DNA of 64,000 nt from an uncultured archaeon (GTDB lineage Archaea > Asgardarchaeota > Lokiarchaeia > Sigyniarchaeales > SOKP01): assembly GCA_964525635.1 (NCBI GenBank), contig CAZGJX010000003.1, positions 1 through 64,000 of the forward strand, in the 5' to 3' direction. Shown in pieces: positions 1 through 10,789 of the stretch. The translations under genes and the position numbers were made by a program. The notes below the pieces were generated by a model. The model was not told the DNA's origin, ran no database searches, and worked only from the letters and a program-made list of their open reading frames with translations. The number at the start of each line of letters is the position of its first letter. Position 1 is the stretch's first letter.

Positions 1-251
1 GAGCTGTTTTATTTTCAACACATATAATGAAAATAGCTGAAGAATTATGTGATAAAATTGGTATAATTAATAAGGGTCAAATTGTTGGAATTGGGACAAT
101 TGAAGACCTACGTAAACAAACTGATAAATTAGGTGCTAGTTTGGAAGATGTTTTTCTTAGATTAACTGAACAAGATACCTCTGTTAATGAAATAGTAATG
201 AAACTTAGGAAATCCCTTATTAATAAAAAGAGAGATGAAATAAGTAAATGA
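1..251 (+). CDS. ABC transporter ATP-binding protein, C-terminal part (starts before window)
   Basis: Frame is open upstream of the ORF-track start and reads AVLFSTHIMKIAEELCDKIGIINKGQI (ABC H-loop STH) followed by SLEDVFLRLT. Confidence 0.9.
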   Translation, partial: AVLFSTHIMKIAEELCDKIGIINKGQIVGIGTIEDLRKQTDKLGASLEDVFLRLTEQDTSVNEIVMKLRKSLINKKRDEISK

Positions 252-2860
252 GATATAAATTATTAGAATCATATTCTATGGCTAAAAATATCGTTCATGA
301 AGTATTCTTACAAACTCAACTGGCTCAAGCAGGATCTAGAAGTGCTCGTTATCTTGAATCACTTGAGAAAAGAAAGAAACATTTCAATATAGTGATAATG
401 GTTATGAAAATTGCATATTCTTTTGCTTTATTTACTATGCCATTGCTTATGTTTATCGCATACAAAGAGATATTTGAATGGAATTCAGGACCAAATATAG
501 AAGCAATGTTCTTAACTTTTGGATATACTTTTTCTATGTTTCTTTTATTATCAATTTTGTATTTGTTATTATTTGGAATTCTAAGTACAGGTTCTTTTAT
601 GTCTGGAGAATCATTTTTATGGCTCCAAACATTACCCATAACTCAAAAAAATCTGAAAAGATTAGCATCGATGACAATTTTCCGAAGTTTAGATATACCA
701 CTAATAACAATGATTGTAACTCTTCCATTATTTATGCTTATAGCAACTCAAGATATTATTGTTTTTTTAATTAGCATTTTAGTTTCAATACCAAATGTGA
801 TTTTATCATTTGGTATTTTAATAATTTTATCAGAGAGAATAAGTAGAATTCTATTTAATAAGGAAAAGAAGAGCGCGAAAGCTCAAACTGTAAAAGTAAT
901 AACTATAATTGCTTATATGGTAGTTTCTATGTCTTTAAGTTTTATAATTACATTTGCAATGAGGTCGATTGAAGATCTTCAATCTTTATTTAGTTCTTTG
1001 GATAATGTTTCAATATGGAATATAATAATGAGTTTAATACCATATCCTTTTGCTCCAACCTACATGATTTCTCTTTCTAGTTCCCCTGGAGATGTTCCTC
1101 AAATATTATGGTTTACAACATTGATTGGATTTATATTATTTTTATTAATCTCATATGTAATATTAAAAATAGCAATAAATTCAATTACTTCAATTTCAAG
1201 TGCTAGGAAAAAAAAAAAGAAAAAATCGAAAGATAGAGAATTAGATATACAAATTATTAATATTGAGATTGAAATAAAAACCACCAGTCCAATAAAAGCA
1301 TATATAAAAAAAGATATAAAGTCTATAATTAGAGATCCTCAATCATTTATGATGCTTCTTATGCCTATGATATTCCCGTTTATTTTCATTTTTAGTGGAT
1401 TTGCAGCTGTAATTTCCGAGAGCAATGAAATTATTGAAATCTATACCATTATTATACTAAATCTATTTATTTGTTCAATTACTCCAGGAATTATTATTTC
1501 AGGACTTTTAAATATTGAAGAAACAGGATCATCTACTGTTTCTTCCTTACCAATAATTCCAAGAGATCAAGCAAAGGCAAAATTAGTAATTATTATAGTA
1601 ATTCAATTAATAGGTTTTATTATTCCTCCTATTATTGCATCCATTTTCCTACAGAATGGTATGATTGCAATGATTACTTTATGTACTTTACCCTTATCAT
1701 TTATATTTGTCCTTGTTCTTTTTGAAATGAAATTTTCTCTTTTTGGAAAAATGAAGTATAAATACATTATCGAAGAACTTTATAAAGAAAGAAAAGTGAG
1801 GAAGTGGATATTAATGATCTTAACAAACCTAGGATTAGTTTTACTCAATCTAATCTTGTTATTTTTGAGTTTTAATTTCTTGATATACGCCCTCATTGCT
1901 CTAATTGTTGGAATTACTGGACTCATTGTCCTAGGATTCGGTTTTAATATGATGTTTCCTGCAAAAGAAAAAATAGGAACTTATGAGACAGGAGGATTAT
2001 TAAGGAGAATTCCTGTATTAGGTGCATCTGGATTGACTTTATTATATTGGACACTTCCGTTATTAATTTCATTACCTGTTGTATCTATTATTTATTATAT
2101 TTATGACTTATTTTCTATAGTACCACCTTTTTTAACTTCTTTAATCATAGAATTCTCTCTAAATTTGTTTCCATTAATTATTTTATGTTTAATATTAATT
2201 CCTTTTGGATTAAAATTACCAAAAAAAGAACAAAATATGGAAAGCTATTTAATTAACATTAAGCTAGATAAAAATCAGCCAATTTTTAAAAATATAAGTA
2301 TAGGAATTATTGCATTTTTAATTATTATAGGACCTATCTTAATAGGAAGTTATTTACTAGGAGAATACGAATTTAATCCTAAAGTTTTAATCCAATCTCC
2401 AAGTTTAATTAATGGTTATGGTTGGTTTATATTCTTCATTATGTTAATTCCCGGTATTTGGGAAGAAGTCACATTTAGAGGCGTAATGATACCTATGTTT
2501 AAGAAAAAATATACAAATATTACGTCTATAATCTTAAGTGGAATATTTTTTGGAATTCTTCATTTTGGGAATTTTTTAAATGTTTTTATAGGTTGGGATC
2601 CTTTAAGTATAGTTCTTCAAATAATTTTTGCGGCGTTTTTAGGTATTGGCTTAGGTTATATGTATACAAAGACAAATAGTCTAATTCCATGTATCATATT
2701 TCATTATATCTACAATATTTTTATCGTAATATTAGCTCCCAATATATTTAATGATTTATTTTCACAAATAATTTATACCATTTTCTTTTTAGGTATTATT
2801 CCAATGATATTAATAATTACATTTGTTAAATTAGTTACTTATAAGAAGAGAAACACATAA
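248..2860 (+). CDS. ABC-2-like permease fused to C-terminal CPBP/Abi (CAAX-type) intramembrane protease domain
   Basis: Many hydrophobic helices; KKDIKSIIRD permease-like motif; C-terminal EEVTFRG, FGILH and HYIYN CPBP motifs; overlaps the ATPase stop codon. Confidence 0.8.
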   Translation: MRYKLLESYSMAKNIVHEVFLQTQLAQAGSRSARYLESLEKRKKHFNIVIMVMKIAYSFALFTMPLLMFIAYKEIFEWNSGPNIEAMFLTFGYTFSMFLLLSILYLLLFGILSTGSFMSGESFLWLQTLPITQKNLKRLASMTIFRSLDIPLITMIVTLPLFMLIATQDIIVFLISILVSIPNVILSFGILIILSERISRILFNKEKKSAKAQTVKVITIIAYMVVSMSLSFIITFAMRSIEDLQSLFSSLDNVSIWNIIMSLIPYPFAPTYMISLSSSPGDVPQILWFTTLIGFILFLLISYVILKIAINSITSISSARKKKKKKSKDRELDIQIINIEIEIKTTSPIKAYIKKDIKSIIRDPQSFMMLLMPMIFPFIFIFSGFAAVISESNEIIEIYTIIILNLFICSITPGIIISGLLNIEETGSSTVSSLPIIPRDQAKAKLVIIIVIQLIGFIIPPIIASIFLQNGMIAMITLCTLPLSFIFVLVLFEMKFSLFGKMKYKYIIEELYKERKVRKWILMILTNLGLVLLNLILLFLSFNFLIYALIALIVGITGLIVLGFGFNMMFPAKEKIGTYETGGLLRRIPVLGASGLTLLYWTLPLLISLPVVSIIYYIYDLFSIVPPFLTSLIIEFSLNLFPLIILCLILIPFGLKLPKKEQNMESYLINIKLDKNQPIFKNISIGIIAFLIIIGPILIGSYLLGEYEFNPKVLIQSPSLINGYGWFIFFIMLIPGIWEEVTFRGVMIPMFKKKYTNITSIILSGIFFGILHFGNFLNVFIGWDPLSIVLQIIFAAFLGIGLGYMYTKTNSLIPCIIFHYIYNIFIVILAPNIFNDLFSQIIYTIFFLGIIPMILIITFVKLVTYKKRNT

Positions 2861-3174
2861 TCCCCTGATTCAACTCTAAATAAAATTCTAATTAATATCC
2901 AAATTATTTATTTAATTGTTAATTTTTTATCTAATTCTTAAATTTCGTCCTATTATTTTACTAATTTCCCAAACTCATTTTAATTTTATTCAAAACCACA
3001 TATTCTTAGCAACTTTTTATTTTGATTTTTCTTTAATCCTTTGGTAATATTATTTTCACAATTCTTGCCTTTCATAGTAAAAAAGTGAAAATTTTTATTT
3101 GACTTCACAGTATAACTATTATATAAACAATAAGTTTTAAAAAAAAAAATTAAATAATTATTATTTGGTTTATT

Positions 3175-3402
3175 ATGAGGGAACTAAAAATAACTTGTCC
3201 TACGTGTGAAGCTGTCAAAAATGTTAATATTCCTAAAAAACTCTTCACACAAAAAAAAGACGGATGTATTAAAATCCAAATACCACCTGGGATTGTATGC
3301 CCTGAGCATCAATTTATTGTTTTCTTAGATCAGAATGGATCAATCAGAGGATATGAAAAGATTGATCTTGTAATGAGTGCTACTCCTAAAAAAAAAAAAT
3401 AA
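3175..3402 (+). CDS. small Zn-ribbon protein, possibly truncated
   Basis: CPTC and CPEH ligand pairs; ends within an A homopolymer. Confidence 0.6.
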   Translation: MRELKITCPTCEAVKNVNIPKKLFTQKKDGCIKIQIPPGIVCPEHQFIVFLDQNGSIRGYEKIDLVMSATPKKKK

Positions 3403-3735
3403 AAAATAAATGAAATATATCTCATTTTTAATGGAATTTATTTTAGGTTGAATATTCTATCATTCTTAATACACTAACAATTGGTGTAGAAGAAAAAGTC
3501 AAGAAATTTGTTGAAAATCCATATTACACCGGTGACCTAATTTGCGAAACATGTGATTAAAATTTAAGGAAATAAAAGTAATTCTATTTAGAAATGATGA
3601 GAATTTTAATTTAATTTGAGATTTTTTTATGATATTTATCAATAGCTTTAAATATTAAAAAAATATAATTATTAAATGATCCTTATAAAACCATTATTTT
3701 AGGATTAAATCCTTAGGTCTTATAAAGAAGGCGAA

Positions 3736-4212
3736 ATGAAGGTGGAATCTAGAAAAAAAATGAAATTTTTTGATAAAATTTCAAATATGGAAAAAAGAAA
3801 ATCTCTAAAATTATTAATTTCGGGATTTATAATTTTTATAATTTTTGGTTTAATAGCTCAAATTAGTGTCTCCATAGCAAATAATGCAAGTATTTATTAC
3901 TATGTGAATGCTCAAAAAGCCTATATAGATTATATTAATAATTTAATTAGTTATGAGGACTATATTAGACTTGCTAATGAATATGAGCTAACAGCACTTC
4001 AAATGGAATGGCAAGAGATATATATTGTAAATATTGCCAGAGTATTTATAGCATTGGCTTTTATTTTAATGATTTTAGGATTTTTAAGTATAAGTATTAA
4101 TGATAGACTTGATAATAGAACTAAATTGCATTATTTATTATCATCAGGGGCAATTTTAGTAAGTATAATATCGATTGTTGTAATAGCTGGTATAACTCCT
4201 ATATTTATTTAA
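3736..4212 (+). CDS. hypothetical membrane protein (about 3 TM helices)
   Basis: 158-aa ORF with three hydrophobic stretches. Confidence 0.7.
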   Translation: MKVESRKKMKFFDKISNMEKRKSLKLLISGFIIFIIFGLIAQISVSIANNASIYYYVNAQKAYIDYINNLISYEDYIRLANEYELTALQMEWQEIYIVNIARVFIALAFILMILGFLSISINDRLDNRTKLHYLLSSGAILVSIISIVVIAGITPIFI

Positions 4213-4343
4213 TTCTTTTTTTTTATTTTTGAATATTTTTAATTTTTAAACCAATTAGAAAAATAAAATAAAGATCCATAATTTAATATCAAAATTAACA
4301 ATATAAATACAATTTTGTAAAATCTGTAAAAGTGAGAAAAATA

Positions 4344-5156
4344 ATGGATTGGGGAATGCATAATAGATTATCCCGAATAATCAAACCTAAATCTGGGCAT
4401 TGCGTGATGCTTGCAATCGATCATGGAAAATATGTATAATTAATTCATATTCATGAATATTTTGGCAATATCCCAGGAATGTTAAAATCTTTTAAAAAGT
4501 TAGAACCTCTCTTTCAATATGCAGATGCTTTAATGTTAACTCGAGGTATGCTCCGAAACTGTGTATCACCTGATATGGACGTCCCTATTGTTTTAAGAGT
4601 ATCTGCAGGTGCTAGTATGTTAAAAGAACTTTCCAATGAAGAAATAAATGTTACGATTGAAGATGCTATCAGATTAAATGTATCTGCAATTACTTGTTCA
4701 ATATTCGTTGGAGGGGAGTTTGAAAAACAAACCCTCCTAAATTTGACTAAACTTGTTAATTGGGGTCAAGAATATGGAATACCGGTCTTAGCAGTCACAG
4801 CTGTAGGTAGAGAGATGGTAAGAGATGCACGTTACTTAGGTATGGCAAGTCGAATGGCAGCAGAAATCGGAACGACTTTCGTAAAGACATATTATTGTGA
4901 GAATTTTGAAGATGTTACATCTATATGCCCAGTTCCTATTGTAATTGCGGGAGGTAAAAAGATTCCCGAGAAAGATGCATTGGAAATGTCTAGGAATGCT
5001 ATTGATAAAGGTGCTATCGGAGTTGATATGGGAAGGAACATTTTTCAATCAGATAGCCCAATAGGAATGATTCAAGCAGTTCGAGCAATAGTTCATGACA
5101 ATGTTACTGTTGATGATGCATATCAAATTTATCAAAATGGTCCAAAAGGACTATAG
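4344..5156 (+). CDS. lsrF: LsrF-like thiolase / class I aldolase (DhnA family); join(4344..4427,4458..5156), 260 aa after removing a 30-nt intron
   Basis: ATG at 4344 gives [28 protein letters not shown], the typical LsrF N-terminus, in frame with the 4479 ORF; motifs [21 protein letters not shown]. Confidence 0.9.
4428..4457 (+). other. candidate bulge-helix-bulge (BHB) intron in lsrF mRNA, 30 nt, with in-frame TAA
   Basis: GAT|CATG|GA^A|AATATG-loop-CATATT|CATG|AA^T|ATT: 4-bp central helix and two 3-nt bulges; cutting after the second bulge base joins GGA to TAT (DHG-YFG). Confidence 0.85.
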
Positions 5157-5295
5157 TTTTTTTATTTTTTCCTTTTTTTTTTGATACTATCTCTCAATAG
5201 AATTGAATACTTTTGTTTCTTATTAAAATATCCTAATGTAGGATTAAATACTTAAAAAAAAAATAAAGATTTTATAATCTATTAATTATTTGAAT

Positions 5296-5739
5296 TTATT
5301 CTTCTTTCCATACAAATTTTTTTGGACCTGAGATTATCAGGAGTGAAAATACAACAAACATCAAATCTCCACCCCAAGATAACCACACTGTTCCAAATGA
5401 CATAAGTATTATTGACCAGATTAAAATCCAAGGGAGTCTTATACTTCCAAGTTTTAGAACCCAATCGTATAAAGCATCCAAATCTTGATTAGCACATTTA
5501 TCTGAGAATTTTGGTTTTATTATAATAATTGATAGTAAAATACAGACAATTCCAGCAATTATATAATAGACATAATAAGGATGTATAATAGTTTCCCAAC
5601 CTGTAGGGAATTTAGGAGCTCTAGAAGTAACAAAAATAATTCCAAAAATTAATTCTACTATTCCACCAACTACACCAAGAATCCAAGCAATTTTTCCTAA
5701 AGTTGATGCTATAGAAGCATTTTTCCATTCTTCACTCAT
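5296..5739 (-). CDS. hypothetical membrane protein
   Basis: 147-aa ORF with about 4 hydrophobic segments. Confidence 0.7.
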   Translation of the reverse strand: MSEEWKNASIASTLGKIAWILGVVGGIVELIFGIIFVTSRAPKFPTGWETIIHPYYVYYIIAGIVCILLSIIIIKPKFSDKCANQDLDALYDWVLKLGSIRLPWILIWSIILMSFGTVWLSWGGDLMFVVFSLLIISGPKKFVWKEE

Positions 5740-5876
5740 TTTTCACTTACCTTAATCCTTATAAAAGAATTATATTGATTAATATAGGATTGAATATTTA
5801 ATTTTTGAAATATGTTGTATTTATAAAATATAATCTCAATAAGGGAGAAATTATTTTTTAAAAACAGAATATTTTC

Positions 5877-6926
5877 CTAATCCCTTTCAAAATCAATTAT
5901 TACCTTCATTGAATCATTAGCCTCACAAACTACGTTAAAGGCTTCTTGAATTTGTCGTAGTGGAAATCGATGAGAAATAATATCGGTCACTGAGATCCTG
6001 TTATTTGATATTAAATCATATGCTTCATCCAAATCAGTTGGTGCTGCTCCATAAGATGTCATAATAGTCACTTCATTACGCCAATAATCATTAATAGGGA
6101 TTTCAAGTTTAACTCCCGGTCTTGGTACTGCAAAAAATATAATGGTTGATCCTGGACCAACGCAATTTAACGCTTGATTCGCTGCTGATAATGCTCCCGT
6201 ACAGACAATAATGCAATCAGGCATTTTATTTTCGTTAAGATCTTTTATTTTAGATGGTATATCCTCTCTTGCATTAATTATTGCATCTGCTCCAAATTCT
6301 TTTGCCTGCTTTAATCGAGATTCACTTATATCAGTCATTATAACTTTATTTACTCCTTTTAATTTAGCTAATTTGAGATGTAATATTCCAGAAACACCAC
6401 TTCCTAATATTAATATAGTTTGTCCCTCTTTTATAGTAGCTAATCTCTGAGCTCTGCAAACGCATGCTAGAGGTTCGATTAATACTCCTTCTTCATAAGA
6501 CATAGAATCTTTTAGCACATAAACACCTTTTTTCTCTATATTAATATTAGGAATACGAATAAATTCAGCAAAACCTCCTGGATCGAAATTTGTATTATGT
6601 AATAGATGACATGCGGTATGATGACCCTGTTTACAATAATGACATTCAAAACATGGAACATGATGAGATACAAATACTTTATTACCCATTTTGATGTTCT
6701 TTACATTTTCTCCTATTTCTACTACTTCTCCAGCAATCTCATGACCCAATACTAGACTATCGAGACCCAACTTCTTCATTTTAGCAAATCTATAATATTC
6801 AAGAATATCAGATCCACAAATCCCTGATTTTTTTACTTCAACAAGAAATTCATCTGAATTGATTTTGGGTTTGAGCATTTCCTCAACTCTTACATCCTTA
6901 TTACTATAATATCTAGCGACTCTCAT
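5877..6926 (-). CDS. Zn-dependent medium-chain dehydrogenase (threonine/sorbitol dehydrogenase-like)
   Basis: GICGSD, GHE, CxxCxxC...C structural Zn site, GSGVSG Rossmann motif. Confidence 0.92.
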   Translation of the reverse strand: MRVARYYSNKDVRVEEMLKPKINSDEFLVEVKKSGICGSDILEYYRFAKMKKLGLDSLVLGHEIAGEVVEIGENVKNIKMGNKVFVSHHVPCFECHYCKQGHHTACHLLHNTNFDPGGFAEFIRIPNINIEKKGVYVLKDSMSYEEGVLIEPLACVCRAQRLATIKEGQTILILGSGVSGILHLKLAKLKGVNKVIMTDISESRLKQAKEFGADAIINAREDIPSKIKDLNENKMPDCIIVCTGALSAANQALNCVGPGSTIIFFAVPRPGVKLEIPINDYWRNEVTIMTSYGAAPTDLDEAYDLISNNRISVTDIISHRFPLRQIQEAFNVVCEANDSMKVIIDFERD

Positions 6927-7304
6927 ATCTCCATTGAAAATTTTTTTTATAAAGGATAATTTTCTAATATCTCAAAAATTAAAAAAAGTTTATTATGAAT
7001 TTGATTCAATATCATAAATTTAAATTAAGTTATTGAATAGAGATAAGATATTAGGAATAAAATTATTTTTTTTAATTTATATTCATATTCTAACTATTTC
7101 TTATCAATAATTTTAATATTATAATTAATCTATATTTTTGAAAGATAATTTTTTAACTTTTTTAACTTGATTTTAAAGAAGGGTGAAATATTTTTAGTTT
7201 CATTTATAAAACAAAATTGTTAAATAAAACTTGTTTTTTCTACTTACTGTATTCTAATTAAAGATAACTCTTAAGAATATAAGGTTTTAGAAGGAAAATT
7301 AAAG

Positions 7305-10301
7305 TTGGATGAGCTTAAAAAATCTTTAATTAATAATAAGGAAATTTTTTTATCAGAAATATTAGCAAATATTCAAGATGCTATTTGCGTTATTGATAAA
7401 AATTCGAATATAATATGGACAAATCCCAAAATGGAAGAGTGGTTTTCATATTATAAACCTCTTAAGGAAAAAAAATGTTATGAAGTATTCTATAATAGAA
7501 GTTCTCCATGTGAAATATGTAGATGTATGGATCCTATTTTATCATCTAGATTTTGTTGTATCAATTATGTTAATCCTTTAGATGAACAAGATATAAAGAT
7601 ATTTAATATCCATAACTTTATTATTCGAAATGAGAAAACTGGTGAAATAATTGGTGTAATTAAACATATTCGAGATGAAACTGAATATAAATATACTGAA
7701 CATCAATTAAAAAAATCTGAAGAGAGATTCAAATATCTTATTTCAACTAGTCCTGCAATAATCTATACTTCTAGACCATCAGGTGATTATGGTGCTACTT
7801 TTATAAGTGATAATGTTAAAGAGAAATGGGGTTATGAACCTAGTGAATTCATTGAAAATCCAGAATTTTGGATTGAACACATACATCCAAATGATAGAGA
7901 AAATATATTTAAAATACTTAATAAAATAAAGAAAAAAAAAATTGTTTATGAATATCGTCTTAAATTGAAAGATAATAAATATCATTGGATGCGGGATGAA
8001 TTTAAACTAGTAAAAGATGAAAAGGGAAATCCTATAGAAACTATTGGCTCTGTTATTGATATTACAAAAAGAAAAGAAATTGAAGAAGGTTTATTAAAAT
8101 CTGAAAAAAGACTCAAAAATATTTTATCTTCAATACCTGATGAAATCAGTATACTAGATAAAGAATTAAATATTATTTATGCAAATGATATTGCTATTAA
8201 CAATTATGGTTTATCAATAATTGGAAATAAATGTTATAAGATATATCATAATAGAAATACTGTTTGTAACGACTGCCAAGTTTTAAAAACTTTTATGGAT
8301 GGCAAAATCCACCAAAAAGAATGTAAGAGAATCAATAAAGAAGGCAAAAAATATTATACCTGGTATATATCTAGTGTAGCTAACTTGGATAAAAATGGAC
8401 GTCCTTCATTTGTAATTGAGGTTTCCCGAGATATAACAGAAATAATGAAAGCAGAAGAAAAGATTCGATATCAAGCTAAATTGGTGGAAAGTGTTTCTGA
8501 TGCGATTATTTCAACTGATCTAGATTTTAAAATAATTAGTTGGAATAAAGCAGCAGAAACAATATATGGATGGAAATCGAAAGAAGCTATTGGTAAAAAT
8601 GTCATGGATATTATTAGGATTGATTATCCTTATGATGATCAAGATAACGTTTTAAATATATTTTTTAAAGAAGGTTACTGGAGAGGCGAGGTTATTCAAC
8701 CGCATAAAGATGGTACAAGCCTCAATATTTTATCATCAGTCTCAATTCTTAAGGATAAAAAAGGAGATCCCATAGGAGCTGTAGCAATTAATCGAGACAT
8801 TACAGATCGTAAGATTTCAGAAGAGAAAGTGAAAATATCTGAGAAAAAATATAAACATCTTGCCAATGAATTAGAAGTTATATTGGATCATATCCCGGGT
8901 TTAGTTCTTTATAAAGATACTCAAAATAATATACTTCGTGTAAATAAATATGTTTCTGATGCTCATAATATAACAAAAAAAGAAATGGAGGGTAAAAGTA
9001 GTTTTGAATTTTATCCATATGAACAAGCAAAGGCATATTGGGAAGATGATCTTGATGTTGTAAGAAATAGGAAACCTAAATTAAATATTGTGGAATCATG
9101 GGAAACTAATAAAGGAACAAGGTGGGTAAACACAAGTAAAATCCCTTTTATTGATGAAGAAGGTAATGTTAAAGGAATTATAGCAATTGCTAATGATATT
9201 ACTGAAAATAGATTGGTTGAGGAAGCTTTAAAAGAATCTGAAAAAAAATATAGAACTCTTTTTGAAGAAGCAATGATACCAATTTTTGTAGTTGATGAAT
9301 TTGGAAGATATGTTGATGCTAATGAAGCTGCACTTGGTTTTACCGAATGTAGTAAGGAAGAAATATTGAAAAAAATTGTTTGGGATTTTACACCCCCTGA
9401 ACTACATAAAAGTCAAAAAGAAGAACACACACCATTTTTTAGTCCTCGAATTTTAGAAACTTCATATCAAATTAAGAAGAAGATCAAAACACTATTACTT
9501 AATGTGGTACCATTTAAAATAGCAGGAAGGAGATTACTTTTTGGAATTGGCCATGACATAACTGAACATAAAATATTGAAAGATAGACTTGAAGAGTTAA
9601 ATAAATTAAAGTCAGAATTATTAAGAAGAACTTCTCATGAATTAAAGACACCTTTAGTGTCAATTAAAGGATTTTCGGATTTACTTTTAGATCTTCATTA
9701 TGACGCTTTAAATCCAGAAATGATCAATATGATATTGGAAATAAGAAAAGGATGTATACGACTTGAAAACCTTATTAAAGACATTTTAAAGACTTCAGAA
9801 TTAGCATCTGGGAAAATCAATTTAGTCCCCTCAATAGCTAACTTAACATCTTTAATTAAATATAGTCTTAAAGAATTAAAAGGTGTAATTGAATTAAGAA
9901 AACATATCATTAATTTAGATATTCATAAAAAGCTAATTAATAAATTTGATAAAGATCGAATACAAGAAGTTATTGGGAATCTATTAACTAATGCAATAAA
10001 ATATACTCCACTGAATGGTATTATAACAATTAAATCAGAAATTAAAAAGGATTTTTTTATTATTTCTATTAAGGATAATGGGATTGGATTCACAGAAAAA
10101 GAAAAAGAGAAATTATTCGAGAAATTTGGGAAAATAGAAAGATATGGTCAAGGATTAGATATATTAATTGAAGGATCAGGTTTAGGATTATATATTTCAA
10201 AAAAAATAATAGAATTGCATGGGGGGCAAATATGGATGGAATCTGGAGGAAGAAATAAAGGTTCTATATTTTATTTTTCTCTACCCATTATTAAAACCTA
10301 A
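7305..10301 (+). CDS. multi-PAS sensor histidine kinase
   Basis: About six PAS/PAC repeats, H-box SHELKTPL, NLLTNAIKY, DNGIG, GSGLGL. Confidence 0.95.
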   Translation: MDELKKSLINNKEIFLSEILANIQDAICVIDKNSNIIWTNPKMEEWFSYYKPLKEKKCYEVFYNRSSPCEICRCMDPILSSRFCCINYVNPLDEQDIKIFNIHNFIIRNEKTGEIIGVIKHIRDETEYKYTEHQLKKSEERFKYLISTSPAIIYTSRPSGDYGATFISDNVKEKWGYEPSEFIENPEFWIEHIHPNDRENIFKILNKIKKKKIVYEYRLKLKDNKYHWMRDEFKLVKDEKGNPIETIGSVIDITKRKEIEEGLLKSEKRLKNILSSIPDEISILDKELNIIYANDIAINNYGLSIIGNKCYKIYHNRNTVCNDCQVLKTFMDGKIHQKECKRINKEGKKYYTWYISSVANLDKNGRPSFVIEVSRDITEIMKAEEKIRYQAKLVESVSDAIISTDLDFKIISWNKAAETIYGWKSKEAIGKNVMDIIRIDYPYDDQDNVLNIFFKEGYWRGEVIQPHKDGTSLNILSSVSILKDKKGDPIGAVAINRDITDRKISEEKVKISEKKYKHLANELEVILDHIPGLVLYKDTQNNILRVNKYVSDAHNITKKEMEGKSSFEFYPYEQAKAYWEDDLDVVRNRKPKLNIVESWETNKGTRWVNTSKIPFIDEEGNVKGIIAIANDITENRLVEEALKESEKKYRTLFEEAMIPIFVVDEFGRYVDANEAALGFTECSKEEILKKIVWDFTPPELHKSQKEEHTPFFSPRILETSYQIKKKIKTLLLNVVPFKIAGRRLLFGIGHDITEHKILKDRLEELNKLKSELLRRTSHELKTPLVSIKGFSDLLLDLHYDALNPEMINMILEIRKGCIRLENLIKDILKTSELASGKINLVPSIANLTSLIKYSLKELKGVIELRKHIINLDIHKKLINKFDKDRIQEVIGNLLTNAIKYTPLNGIITIKSEIKKDFFIISIKDNGIGFTEKEKEKLFEKFGKIERYGQGLDILIEGSGLGLYISKKIIELHGGQIWMESGGRNKGSIFYFSLPIIKT

Positions 10302-10343
10302 AAACTTAATTTAATTTAAAAATTAAGAAAAAAATAAAAAAAA

Positions 10344-10547
10344 TTATTTCTTTTGTCCATTTCTATATTTAGCAAGTCTCTTGAAATTATCTTTTTCAAG
10401 TTCTTGATCCATTTTCAGTTCATTTGATAGGAACATCTCTAGAGCTTTTCTTATTGCTTCACTCCTTGAAGGATAGATTTTTAAATCATTCAATATTTGA
10501 ATTGCTTCTAAATACTTTTCTGGTAAGTTAATTGTTATTATCTGCAT
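10344..10547 (-). CDS. ribbon-helix-helix (CopG/Arc/MetJ) regulator
   Basis: ITINLP...YPSRSEAIRKAL pattern. Confidence 0.88.
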   Translation of the reverse strand: MQIITINLPEKYLEAIQILNDLKIYPSRSEAIRKALEMFLSNELKMDQELEKDNFKRLAKYRNGQKK

Positions 10548-10789
10548 CTTTATTCAATTATTTGGAAATATTATCATTATATATTTAATATATTTTGTCG
10601 GATTATATATAAATCGAAGATATTAATCATTTGATTTATTAATCGTTTGATGTATAACGAATAAAAACATTTAAAAAAAAAATATAAATTATGAAATATA
10701 TTCTGATTGAATTTCTTTTCTAATGAAATTTATAAAATAAAAATAAATATATCAGAAAAGAATTTAAAAAAGAAGTTAAGATAATAGAA

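Noticed and set aside
4479-5156. ORF-track start of lsrF at 4479
   Set aside because: It omits the conserved N-terminal DHG motif; the better start is 4344.
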